A DNA stretch of 64,000 nucleotides from Octopus sinensis (lineage: Eukaryota): contig NW_021833305.1 in NCBI RefSeq assembly GCF_006345805.1, positions 1 through 64,000 on the forward strand, read 5' to 3'. The notes below the pieces were generated by a model, which did not search any database, was not told where the DNA came from, and saw only the letters and a program-made list of their open reading frames with translations. A program made the translations under genes and the position numbers. Shown here piece after piece: positions 1 to 11,218 of this stretch (the stretch's first letter is position 1; every line of letters begins with the position of its first letter).

Positions 1-144
1 GATTCATCTAAATAGTACGTAATGCATGTAGGGAGAGTATATCTAGCACAACGTCCCCTACTTCCCCTCTCCCGTTTGACCATTTTGTCCGAAGTCAGAC
101 GCCATGTTAGATCGTTTCTCTCCTTGTTTTTTTCCCTGTGTATC

Positions 145-177
145 TTTCTGTAGAAGAGCGTACGCTCGAAACATAAA
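145..177 (+). ncRNA. Degenerate minimal hammerhead in a Penelope-like terminal fragment (~60-268)
   Basis: TTT-CTGTAGA-A-GAGCG-ta-CGCTC-GAAA-CA-TA-AAA. Core A6>T and CG>CA changes suggest it is inactive. Downstream sequence resembles the 60.9-kb copy. Confidence 0.5.
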
Positions 178-418
178 ATACTTTTTCTGTTCCTGAGCAC
201 AATACTAATACATTTGTTTGTTTGTACACCACACGCCTTCAACTTTTGTTTATTTCGTAAACTATCACTATATATATATATATTATATATATTATATATA
301 TAGATAGATAAGATAGATAGATAGATACATACATACATACATACATACATACATACACATATATATATATATATATATATAATATATATATTATATATAA
401 TATTATATATATTAATCA

Positions 419-565
419 TTAAGGTAGCTATTCGCAATTCGAACCGAATGGCAACAAGTATGGAGTTAGGAAAGTGAAGGTGGGTGCTTGTAAGCACGAG
501 CATTGCTAGAAATGAATCTCACATCTCTTACTCACTCGGTACTAATTTGCGAATAGCTACCTTAA
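419..565. mobile_element. MITE with TTAA flanks and GG..CC termini (Kolobok-like)
   Basis: Perfect 20-bp inverted repeat ATTAAGGTAGCTATTCGCAA (418-437) / TTGCGAATAGCTACCTTAAT (547-566). Confidence 0.7.
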
Positions 566-1020
566 TAATTTATAATTCTCACTTCATCATTTTCGAAGTG
601 AATCAAGAGTATACTCCGTAAGGCTGACAAGATGATTTAGGTTTTTTTTAACCCACAGCCACGGAGCAAGAGATCACCTATAAAAATTGATTAACTGTTA
701 AATCAGCGCAGATATAAACCCCTCTCGCATGTTGCAGGGAGGGAGACTGTCGCCCTTGTCACTCTTCAGAAAAGTGCTCTCAAGGAGCTAACAGTTATTT
801 TGACTCCTATTTCTAGGAATGCTGCTTCTTAATAGCACTTTCCGTCACTTTACTAATGACTATACGTATATATATATATATATATATATAATATATTATA
901 TTATATACATTGTCATATTTTGGGACGGTCATGTTTTGTCGAATATACACAAGCCCTGTATATTCGTTCTTCACTCACTTATCGCTGTTATTTTATCTAA
1001 TGTCTATGTCCACTTTTATA

Positions 1021-1076
<56 letters not shown>

Positions 1077-1335
1077 ATACATATATGGACTGGGTTCGAT
1101 TAGTTTGACTAAAATACATTTTGTCAGTGCACTACCATGACCGTATCTATGACTAAAAAAATAAACAATAAAGCATTAAAATACATATATATATATATAA
1201 GTATATCTCTCTCTCTCTATATATATATATGTAAGTCTCTCTCTATATATATATACTAACATACACACACACACACATATATATATATATATCTATATAT
1301 ATATATATGTATTAGTATATATGTATTATATTATT

Positions 1336-1368
<33 letters not shown>

Positions 1369-2730
1369 GTATATATTCTGTATACTTATAATACATATAT
1401 ACATATTATATGTATATATATGTATATATATGTATATATATATATATATATTATATATATATGTTGTAGTATGTATGTATGTATGTATGTATTGGTTGCC
1501 GACGTTGACGAGGTGGGTTCGTGGTGACATTTCCCTCAATTAGTTCTAATCGAAACGTTAGCAACATAATGATAAATATGACTCCAACAATACCAATCAA
1601 GACGATTATATCAGAATTAAGACAAAAAATAGAAAAAAAGACAAGGAGAAAGAATGAATAAGAGAGAGAGAGAACATCAAAGAGCGAGAGAAATATATAT
1701 AGAGGGAGAGATAGAGAGCGAGAGAGTGTGACAGAAATTAAGGATGGCAGTGAGAAATGTATTGAGTGTGAGTTAAAGAGATAGAATTGGGAGTGTGGGG
1801 CGGATGGAAGAGAGAGTGGGTGATATCAGTACGAATATCTTTAAATATCAAAAGAATTAAAATAATTTTTATAGATAAATGATTGAAATGTAATTTTAAA
1901 ATATTTGAAATTCCAAAGAAAACAATTAAGATGAAATTGCCAAGGAAATTGACTGCACAATGTATCGATTGCCATGATATTTTATGTCTGACAACACACT
2001 GATGATGATAATGGTGATGGTACTGATAATGATCACAATATTAATATTAATAATAATAATATTAATAACAACAACAGCAACAATAACACTAGTAATAATT
2101 ATCATGATGATGTTGATAACGATTTCTTTTATTATATAATAATAATAATAATAACAACAATTATTGTTATTGCGATTTTTGTTGTAGTTCTTTTTTATTT
2201 TTACTTCTTATAATTATTGTTATTATTGTTATTATTATTATAACAATAATATAATATTAATGCTAATAAATATTAACGGTAATTACTAAAACAACATCAT
2301 CACTAAAAATGGCATAAATAACCGCAGAAACAAAAACGTCGTTCATTGCAATTTTCATTTTAAAAATAATCAATAAGAAAAATGACGATGATGATGATGA
2401 TAAAAATTTGAAATAATAATAATAATAATAATAATAATAGTAATGATAATACCAACAACATTCATGACGATAATTATTACAATAATAATAATAATAAACA
2501 CAACACCGATACATTGATATTTAAACATCCCTTCCTTTAAATGATACTACTAAAAAAAATACGAGGGTATTTTTTTTCATGAAATTTGTTCTTTTTTTGT
2601 GTTGTAAAATTTTTAAACAAAAACAGTATTTTATTTCGAATGAACATGAATCGATGTGAAAATATTCTATACGATTCCTTGTCTCATCCACTCTCTCTCT
2701 CTTTCTCTCTGCCTCTCCCTCTCTCTCCTT

Positions 2731-2765
<35 letters not shown>

Positions 2766-2941
2766 ATCTCCCTGTCTTAATCATTATCTCACTGGCTACA
2801 TCTCATTTCCATTCTCTTTCTCTTTTTTTCGTTCTGTGTGTGCCTATTTTCTATCTTTGTATTTTCATATATATTCAGAGGGATATTATTCACGTGTGTG
2901 CATGTAAGTATGTATATATATGTGTGTGTGTGTACGTATAT

Positions 2942-3030
<89 letters not shown>

Positions 3031-3106
3031 TATATATATATACGTACATACACACACTTATATACATATATATATATACGTACTTAGGCACACACATATA
3101 TACATA

Positions 3107-3143
<37 letters not shown>

Positions 3144-3361
3144 GTATATATATAATATATAATATATATATATATATGTGTATATGTATGTATGTATATG
3201 TATTAATGTGTGTATTTATATAGATATATTTTTCGTGTGCATGTGTATACGTATTTATGTAAATATGTACATCTTAAAATATACATAAAAATACGCATAA
3301 TGTGCGCCATACATATACTCACATCTATATCACTATGTTTATATACATATATATGTGGTAC

Positions 3362-3410
<49 letters not shown>

Positions 3411-4700
3411 TATGTATATACTTATACTGTTAATGTTCTTACCGTTGTTGTTGTTGTTATTGTTATCTCTTCCTATATATTACAAGTGGAGACTCATTAT
3501 CACAAACGAATATCTCCTGGTTTTCATGTTTTCTAGTTTTAATTTTTAATTTTTAATTATTGACATTAATTATTAGTCTTCTATTGTCTATTATTTTTTT
3601 TAATATGTCTATTTTATTTCATTTTATATTATTAATCGATTTTGTTTAGAACAAAGTGTTTTAGCGGTTCATATGACCATCACTATAGAATAAATATTTC
3701 GTTGTTAGACTATGGGATATTCTCTTCAGGATTATTGCTTCTACCTTATTCCTGCTTCTATATCATTTCAAATCCCGTAAGGAATTGTTCTAGGTACATT
3801 GATAATGAATTAATTATAAGCCGAGATGACAATGTCCCCACACGAGTTTCCTTTGCAATCATGTTCCTGGATTTACATTATTCTTCTAGTACAATACCTT
3901 CAATTCCCAGTGTGTCGAAAGAGACGTTAATCCCCCCCCCCAGAAGTTATGTTACACAATGTCACTGGCAATGAGATAACAAGAAAAATCAAGAATGAAA
4001 CAAGTTTTTTTTTAGAAAAAACTTTTAAACAAATCAAAACACTTTATTTTCGACTGCATCCCTTCCGCCTTTCTACCGATTTCATTATAAATGCATATGT
4101 GTAAAAAGTAAAAAAGTATACCCCAACATTTTCCAGGTGAATGTGGAAGTTGTAAAACGGGTATTTTGTAGTGGAGATTGGAAGTGATGAGTCAACACAG
4201 CATAATATATATAAAACGAGGAAATTATTGATAAATCATTGACATTTCACATTAGTCGCATTGGAAAATCATTCCTGTTCATTTGAAAGGTTGTTGATGG
4301 GGTTGTTATATTTTAATATTATAACGAAACTGCAAGGAACCTGTTCAAATATACTAAAATGTATAAAAATGTTCATTTCAGAGACAAATCGAGAGAAGTA
4401 TACACCCACGTATATATTTTATATCATCATATATATATTTGTAGGGCGGGTATGGAAAAATATGATTAAAACACTAGCTGACATGCAATTTAATAAGAAA
4501 TTTTGATGAAACGTATACACATTTTTGTCACATGACCAATTATTACAATATACCAGCTCATCTTAGCAACATATATGCCTCTCTTCTCTCTCCCTCCCCC
4601 TCTCCCTCTCGTCTAGCCACACACACACACACACACTTTCGTTTCGTTTCTTTCCTTTCTCCCGTATGCTTATATATAGTATATATATATATATATATAG

Positions 4701-4735
<35 letters not shown>

Positions 4736-4802
4736 ATATATAATTAATCAATATAGGCAGGGACGGGAATGCCTCGTGAAAAATATCTGTTCCGACTTGG
4801 CT

Positions 4803-4911
4803 ATTTCTTACTGATGGATCTAAGGGCCTATGGTAGATTGGCTTGATTTAATTTAATCAGGTTAGTTTACCATTAAACAGTAGATGAAACGGTGTGCATC
4901 GTATAAGAAAT
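4803..4911 (+). ncRNA. Type I hammerhead, unit 1 (core variant CTGATGG, 2-nt insertion in helix III)
   Basis: Same architecture as unit 4; A9 replaced by G (4817); helix III CGGTGTGCATCG; GTA 4901-4903. Confidence 0.75.
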
Positions 4912-5293
4912 TACAGGGGAAATGTTTTTTAATTTTCTCCTGGTTTACGGAATTGATGTTATTTTGCGGTTTTAAAGCTTTTGGCTGTTATTTCTAGTGG
5001 GTGAATGGCCTATTATGGCCGTTCCTTGATTGTGATGTTGAACTTAAAAATGGTCTATGACTATTTAATTTTTTCCCACTAGGCCGCTGGTGGCAAAAAA
5101 ATTCTACAAAATTTTTCTGCCACCCTATATTGATTAATTATGAATTTTCTGGTTAGTTCCGTAATGGAATCGGCGGCTTATATTTATTTGCTGCCGATAA
5201 AGTGGCGCGAATGCAATGATTTGAACATTTTAGGTCAGATATTGCCGAGGCAGGGGAGGGAATGCCTCGTGAAAAATATCTGTTCCGACTTGG

Positions 5294-5400
5294 ATTTCTT
5301 AATGATGAATCTAAGGGCCTATGGTAGATTGGCTTGATTTAATTTAGTCAGGTTAGTTTACCATTAAACAGTAGATGAAACGGTGCATCGTATAAGAAAT
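5294..5400 (+). ncRNA. Type I hammerhead, unit 2 (core variant ATGATGA, probably inactive)
   Basis: C3 replaced by A at 5302; helices, GAAA (5377-5380) and GTA (5390-5392) retained. Confidence 0.75.
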
Positions 5401-5785
5401 ACAGGGTAAATGTTTTTTAATTTTCTCCTGGTTTACGGAATTGATGTTATTTTGCGGTTAAAGCTTTTGGGCTGTGTTATTTCTAGTGGGTGAATGGCCT
5501 ATTATGGCCGTTCCTTGATTGTGATGTTGAACTTAAAAATGGTCTATGACTATTTAATTTTTTCCCACTAGGCCGCTGGTGGCAAAAAAATTCTACAAAA
5601 TTTTTCTGCCACCCTATATTGATTAATTATGAATTTTCTGGTTAGTTCCGTAATGGAATCGGCGGCTTATATTTATTTGCTGCCGATAAATTTGGCGCGA
5701 GTGCGATGATTTGAACATTTTAGGTCAGATATTGCCGAGGCAGGGACGGGAATGCCTCGTGAAAAATATCTGTTCCGACTTGGCT

Positions 5786-5891
5786 ATTTCTTACTGATGA
5801 ATCTAAGGGCCTATGGTAGATTGGCTTGATTTAATTTAATCAGGTTAGTTTACCATTAAACAGTAGATGAAACGGTGCATCGTAAAGAAAT
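5786..5891 (+). ncRNA. Type I hammerhead, unit 3 (intact core, 1-nt deletion after the cleavage site)
   Basis: CTGATGA 5794-5800, GAAA 5869-5872, GTA 5882-5884, then AAGAAAT instead of TAAGAAAT. May be a sequencing or assembly indel. Confidence 0.8.
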
Positions 5892-6273
5892 TACAGGGTA
5901 AATGTTTTTTAATTTTCTCCTGGTTTACGGAATTGATGTTATTTTGCGGTTAAAGCTTTTGGCTGTTATTTCTAGTGGGTGAATGGCCTATTATGGCCGT
6001 TCCTTGATTGTGATGTTGAACTTAAAAATGGTCTATGACTATTTAATTTTTTCCCACTAGGCCGCTGGTGGCAAAAAAATTCTACAAAATTTTTCTGCCA
6101 CCCTATATTGATTAATTATGAATTTTCTGGTTAGTTCCGTAATGGAATCGGCGGCTTATATTTATTTGCTGCCGATAAATTGGCGCGAGTGCGATGATTT
6201 GAACATTTTAGGTCAGATATTGCCGAGGCAGGGACGGGAATGCCTCGTGAAAAATATCTGTTCCGACTTGGCT

Positions 6274-6380
6274 ATTTCTTACTGATGAATCTAAGGGCCT
6301 ATGGTAGATTGGCTTGATTTAATTTAATCAGGTTAGTTTACCATTAAACAGTAGATGAAACGGTGCATCGTATAAGAAAT
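6274..6380 (+). ncRNA. Type I hammerhead ribozyme, intact copy (array unit 4)
   Basis: Helix I ATTTCTTA 6274-6281 / TAAGAAAT 6373-6380; CTGATGA 6282-6288; helix II ATCTA 6289-6293 / TAGAT 6352-6356 with an inner 19-bp hairpin (6301-6319/6326-6344); GAAA 6357-6360; helix III CGGTGCATCG 6361-6370; cleavage triplet GTA 6370-6372. Confidence 0.9.
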
Positions 6381-6763
6381 TACAGGGTAAATGTTTTTTA
6401 ATTTTCTCCTGGTTTACGGAATTGATGTTATTTTGCGGTTAAAGCTTTTGGCTGTTATTTCTAGTGGGTGAATGGCCTATTATGGCCGTTCCTTGATTGT
6501 GATGTTGAACTTAAAAATGGTCTATGACTATTTAATTTTTTCCCACTAGGCCGCTGGTGGCAAAAAAATTCTACAAAATTTTTCTGCCACCCTATATTGA
6601 TTAATTATGAATTTTCTGGTTAGTTCCGTAATGGAATCGGCGGCTTATATTTATTTGCTGCCGATAAATTTGGCGCGAGTGCGATGATTTGAACATTTTA
6701 GGTCAGATATTGCCGAGGCAGGGACGGGAATGCCTCGTGAAAAATATCTGTTCCGACTTGGCT

Positions 6764-6869
6764 ATTTTTTACTGATGAATCTAAGGGCCTATGTAGATTG
6801 GCTTGATTTAATTTAATCAGGTTAGTTTACCATTAAACAGTAGATGAAACGGTGCATCGTATAAGAAAT
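6764..6869 (+). ncRNA. Type I hammerhead, unit 5 (intact core)
   Basis: CTGATGA 6772-6778, TAGAT 6841-6845, GAAA 6846-6849, GTA 6859-6861. A C>T change in helix I leaves a G:U pair. Confidence 0.85.
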
Positions 6870-7861
6870 TACAGGGTAAATGTTTTTTAATTTTCTCCTG
6901 GTTTACGGAATTGATGATGTATTTTGCGTTAAAGCTTTTGGCTGTTATTTCTAGTGGGTGAATGGCCTATTATGGCCGTTCCTTGATTGTGATATATATA
7001 TATATATATATATATACCTACTTATCTATCAAGGAAGAAGGAAAAAAAGTAAAACTGAAAGAAATGTATAAAAACACGGTAAATTAATGAATGGATAGAC
7101 ATACATACATACATACATGCCTAGATGGCGTCTGTATTGAATTTTCTAACTTAATTTAAGGTAGGAAAATATGTCAAGCGCTAACGTGGACGAAAGTTTT
7201 TTTAATATAAGACAGAAACTTCATTCTAAATTAATTATAATGGTTTATTTGCAATTTTCAAGTATTTGTATGACATGCAATCTATCGCCAATAAAACGAG
7301 CATTTTGAAATGAAAAAAAAATATGCGTCTATACAGTCTATATATGAATGCCTGTGTACGCTTGTGCTGTGTGTACGGGAGATATGATGCTAACATTGGC
7401 AGGGATATTAAAACGATTGTCGTCTTTGGTTTTCAATGTCTTAACGTTATACGGAAACTAATCGTGTTTCTATACTGTGTGTATCGTAGACATTTAGTGT
7501 AATTATTATATGCTATTGCAATCAATAGCTCAAATTCCAATTCACACGCTCAATATGTCTTCACAAGTATGTTGACAAAAGCAACAAAATCTTAATGTTT
7601 TTGTTGTTGTTTTTTTGATATATTGGAAAAAGTACTTTGCTATTAGTTCTCGGTTCAAATCTCCGTTGACAACAGCCGACTTAGTTTTTTAATCGTTTCA
7701 CCATCATTAAATTGAAATATAAATATATAAGGCGTGTGATATTCAAACTGATTCAAATATATTGATAAACATGTTGTGAACTGATTTTCTAACATTTCTT
7801 TCGGTTTTTTTCCCCAGGTGATTTGTTCTGAAAATGCACAGGGATAAAAGGAAATCTAAAG

Positions 7862-9542
7862 ATGGCCGCCACCCCTCAGCAACGCAGTTGGTGTGCCCTG
7901 AAATTTTCAAGATGAGTGTTGTGGCCGTGCATCGTGCTTTTAAACTCAAGCATCATATAATTCCACCTACATCCACTCCGTTCGGAAATGGTACAATGAT
8001 TTTAGACCGACAGAGTGTATTTGGGATCAGAGAAAAGTATATTCTGACTGACCATCAGTTTGAGAGAAAGTTATTGATCGAGTTAGACGTAAATTCGTGC
8101 AGATTCCTAAAATGTCAGCATGAAGATCTAGCCGCGAGTTTCACATCCTCAAAAGCACAGTTTGTACGATCCTGCACAAACACTTTAAGTTTCAGTCTTA
8201 TAAACTTCAATGAGTCCAGAACTCCATCCGAAAGATAATGGAATACGATTTGAATTTTGTGAGAATATCAAGCAAGTAATATATAGGCGCAGGAGTGGCT
8301 GTGTGGTAAGTAGCTTGCTAACCAACCACATGGTTCCGGGTTCAGTCCCACTGCGTGGCATCTTGGGCAAGTGTCTTCTGCTATAGCCCCGGGCCGACCA
8401 ATGCCTTGTGAGTGGATTTGGTAGACGGAAACTGAAAGAAGCCTGTCGTATATATGTATATATATATATATGTATGTGTGTGTGTTTGTGTGTCTGTGTT
8501 TGTTCCCCTAGCATTGCTTGACAACCGATGCTGGTGTGTTTACGTCCCCGTCACTTAGCGGTTCGGCAAAAAAGGACCGATAGAATAAGTACTGGGCTTA
8601 CAAAAAGAATGAGTCCCGGGGTCGTGTTGCTGGACTAAAAGGCGGTGCTCCAGCATGGCCGCAGTCAAAATGACTGAAACAAGTAAAAGAAAAGAAAGAA
8701 TAAAAAAAAGAGTCCCCCAACATGCTAACATGGAAGATGGACGTTAAACGATGATGATGATGATGATGATGAATGATAGCCTGCTGTCAAAAATCATTTT
8801 CAGTGATGAAGCAATATTTCACTTGAACGGCAATGTCAATAGGCATAACGTTCCGATATGGGGACCTAAATATCCCCACGCAACCCAGGAAATTGAGCGA
8901 CACTCAACAAAAGGTAATGTGTTTTGTGACGCATCACACAGGAAAGTGTATGACCCTTTTTTTTCTGTGAGGGAGGAACAGTTACTGGTGAAAGTTATCT
9001 GGAGATATTGACTAATTTGATCTTTCCACAACTAGTTGCTGAGGATGATGACTACCTTTTCCAGCAAGATGGTGCTCCCTTGCACTGGCATCTCACTCTC
9101 AGGAGATTTCCCACAAACCATTTGCCAAACAGATGGAGTGGTCGTGTTGGACAAGATAATCAGGTGTTCTGCAAGTGTCCTGTGAGGTCACCAGACCTAA
9201 GTGTTTGTGATTTCTTTCTTTGAGGAATATGGGAAGAGCACTGTTTATGTACCACCACTGCCAGCAACTCTGCAGAGGGGAACATTTCGATCACTGAAGC
9301 AGTTTGCATGGTAATTGCAGATATGCTGCTCAGCATCTGGATCGAATTTGGACTAATACATCAATGTTTTCCGAGCAACAAGAGGGGGAGGGGGCACATC
9401 ATTGAGTGCTTTTAATGCTATCCTGTATCACATGAAACTGAATGAAACCCTGCATCTGGAGCTACAATCAGCGAAAGATTATTAGAATGAATTTATTTGT
9501 TATATCTATTCGAAATCAAGGAGTGTTTCTATGGACACCCTA
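7862..9542 (+). pseudogene. Tc1/mariner-superfamily transposase relic, DD41D/rosa-like, interrupted by a SINE (8285-8770)
   Basis: Frameshifted motifs: MAATPQQRSWCAL, IIFSDEAIFHLNGNVNRHN..WG, FQQDGAP.H...RWSGR...RSPDLSVCDFFL*G. D-D spacing is 46 aa by my count. Right end ...GGACACCCTA is TIR-like; no left TIR seen. Confidence 0.85.
8285..8700 (+). mobile_element. tRNA-derived SINE family A (CORE-like segment, internal TA/TG microsatellite)
   Basis: A box TGGCTGTGTGG, B box GGTTCAGTCC, CTTGGGCAAGTGTC CORE-like motif, tail ...GACTGAAACAAGTAAAAGA. Resembles the Octopus OR-type SINEs (from memory). Confidence 0.9.
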
Positions 9543-10522
9543 TCTGTATATAAACCGAAAATATAAATCGTTGATGTTGTCTAAACGAAATTGTTAGAGC
9601 ATTGATAAACATCATTTGCAAAGGTTCCAAGTCTTGTCGTTCCTATTGGGTACATATAGGTAGGGAACACACTTGCGAATACCTGACAGTAAGGTTCAAA
9701 CTAGAGTACCCTAAATAAGAGAATCAGAAACCGACTTTGAAGACTCCTCTGAAAAATCCAATACAATCGCATGGCACATTTTTGAGGCAAAGGAATGGGA
9801 AACAAATCAAGAGGCAGGCAAAGAATGGACAGTATCAAGAGATGTTTCGAGAAAAATGGAACTGCAGTTGGAGAATTCGCGGTTTAATCGGAAAGACGTT
9901 CGGTGTAGTGTTATCAATGCGCTTCAGGAATACGAAGCATGGCATCGGAGAAGTTTCATGGAAATCACCAGATCGAGAGAGCGGAAAGAGTAAAAGTGAC
10001 TAAACAGCTGCAAAATCACTAAAATGTTTCGAATGTAATCGATATAATCGCACGTTTCGAATTAAGTATTAAACCGGGACACAATTTTCATTATCCTGGA
10101 AAGAGTGGATGTAACATAGACATTGGAGTCTTTGCACCTTATTGATTAAAAGAAAAACGCTAAAGTGTTCAAGTCGATTTGTCATCAACCTTGTGCACTG
10201 CACCGACATAATATTTTCAAAGAAAGCCGCAATCGATCAACCAATTTCTTGTTCGTTACCAAATCATTGAAAATCAATGCTCAATTCAATAAGTTTCGAA
10301 TTCCGAACGTCAGGAAAGACTATTTTATATTAGAAGTCATTCTCGTAGAGACACCTAAGTTATTCTGTCAATCCACTATTCACATTAATATTCACTGTAG
10401 CTTATTAGCAGTTTGAGTTGCAATTCCCTTTCACAAGTGCCTCTTTAATAATCTGTTATATTTTTCTACTATTGGGTTATAAATGATCCAGCCATTTAGA
10501 ACACGTTACATTGCGATGCTTA

Positions 10523-10712
10523 GTGGAGGCACATGGTCTTGTGGTTAGAGCAGCGGACTCGTGGTCGAGAGATCGCGGGTTGGAATCTCAGACCGAGCGA
10601 TGTGTGTGTTTATGAGCGAAAATACCTAAGCTCCACGCGGCACCGCCAGAAGGTAATGGCGAACCTCTGCTGACTCTTTCGCCACAACTTGCTCTCACTC
10701 TTTCCTCCTGAA
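10523..10712 (+). mobile_element. SINE family C, 5' part
   Basis: Homologous to 11673-11860. Confidence 0.8.
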
Positions 10713-10981
10713 TCTTGTAGCGCACGATTGGTATAGAACCCGATAGGGAGCGCCACCAAACACAGTGATACCATTTCTGCAAAGCCTTCCATTTCGCACG
10801 CTCCTATATACACGCACACACATATTCGCATTAAAAATAACAATCTGTGTATCATACCTAAAGTATATACATAATGGATATGTCATTGAGTACAGTAACT
10901 GTCCTGATATAGCGTCTCGTTAGGACGTGGTGATTTAAAAGTACAATAAATTCAGGCGGTAAAAGACACTACCTCCCAGTA

Positions 10982-11218
10982 AAAGGCGTCGAGCTGCCAG
11001 AAACGTTAGCACACCGGGCAAAATGCTTAGCGGCACTTCGTCTGCTGCTACGTTCTGAGTTCAAATTCCGCCGAGGTTTACGTTGCCTTTCATCCTTTCT
11101 GGGTCGATTATATAAGTACCAGTTACGCACTGGGGTCGATATAATCGACTTAATCCGCTTGTCTGTCCTTGTTTGTCCCCTCTGTGTTTAGCCCCTTGTG
11201 GGTAGTAAAGAAATAGGC
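10982..11218 (+). mobile_element. SINE family B with a 21-bp target site duplication
   Basis: GGCG.CGAGCTG.CAGAAACGTTAGCA...GAGTTCAAATTCC...GCCTTTCATCCTTT; TSD AAAAGACACTACCTCCCAGTA at 10961-10981 and 11219-11239. Confidence 0.9.

Larger units (their letters stand above)
4755..6992 (+). mobile_element. Tandem array (~4.6 x ~490 bp) of a hammerhead-containing unit; retrozyme-like element
   Basis: Unit start AGGCAGGG(A/G)(C/A)GGGAATGCCTCG recurs at 4755, 5248, 5738, 6226 and 6716 (periods 493, 490, 488, 490). The last unit is truncated at ~6992. (TA)n tracts lie on both sides. One HHR motif per unit. Confidence 0.9.

Noticed and set aside
1496-1570. GTTGC...GAAACGTTAGCAAC, a possible HHR remnant
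   Set aside because: No CTGANGA core positioned next to a helix II.
3642-3974. 110-aa ORF containing a possible 47-nt AG..GT exon (~3731-3777)
   Set aside because: No recognisable domain and no partner exons; short splice-like motifs occur by chance.
6249-6293. Alternative type II hammerhead reading (GAAA-AATA..TATT-TC-TTA-CTGATGA)
   Set aside because: Only 3 nt are available for helix I and helix II pairing is poor; the type I reading fits all elements.
4755-6992. Array as a CRISPR locus, rDNA fragment or coding repeat
   Set aside because: No unique spacers, no recognisable rRNA similarity, and only a short ORF broken by indels between units.
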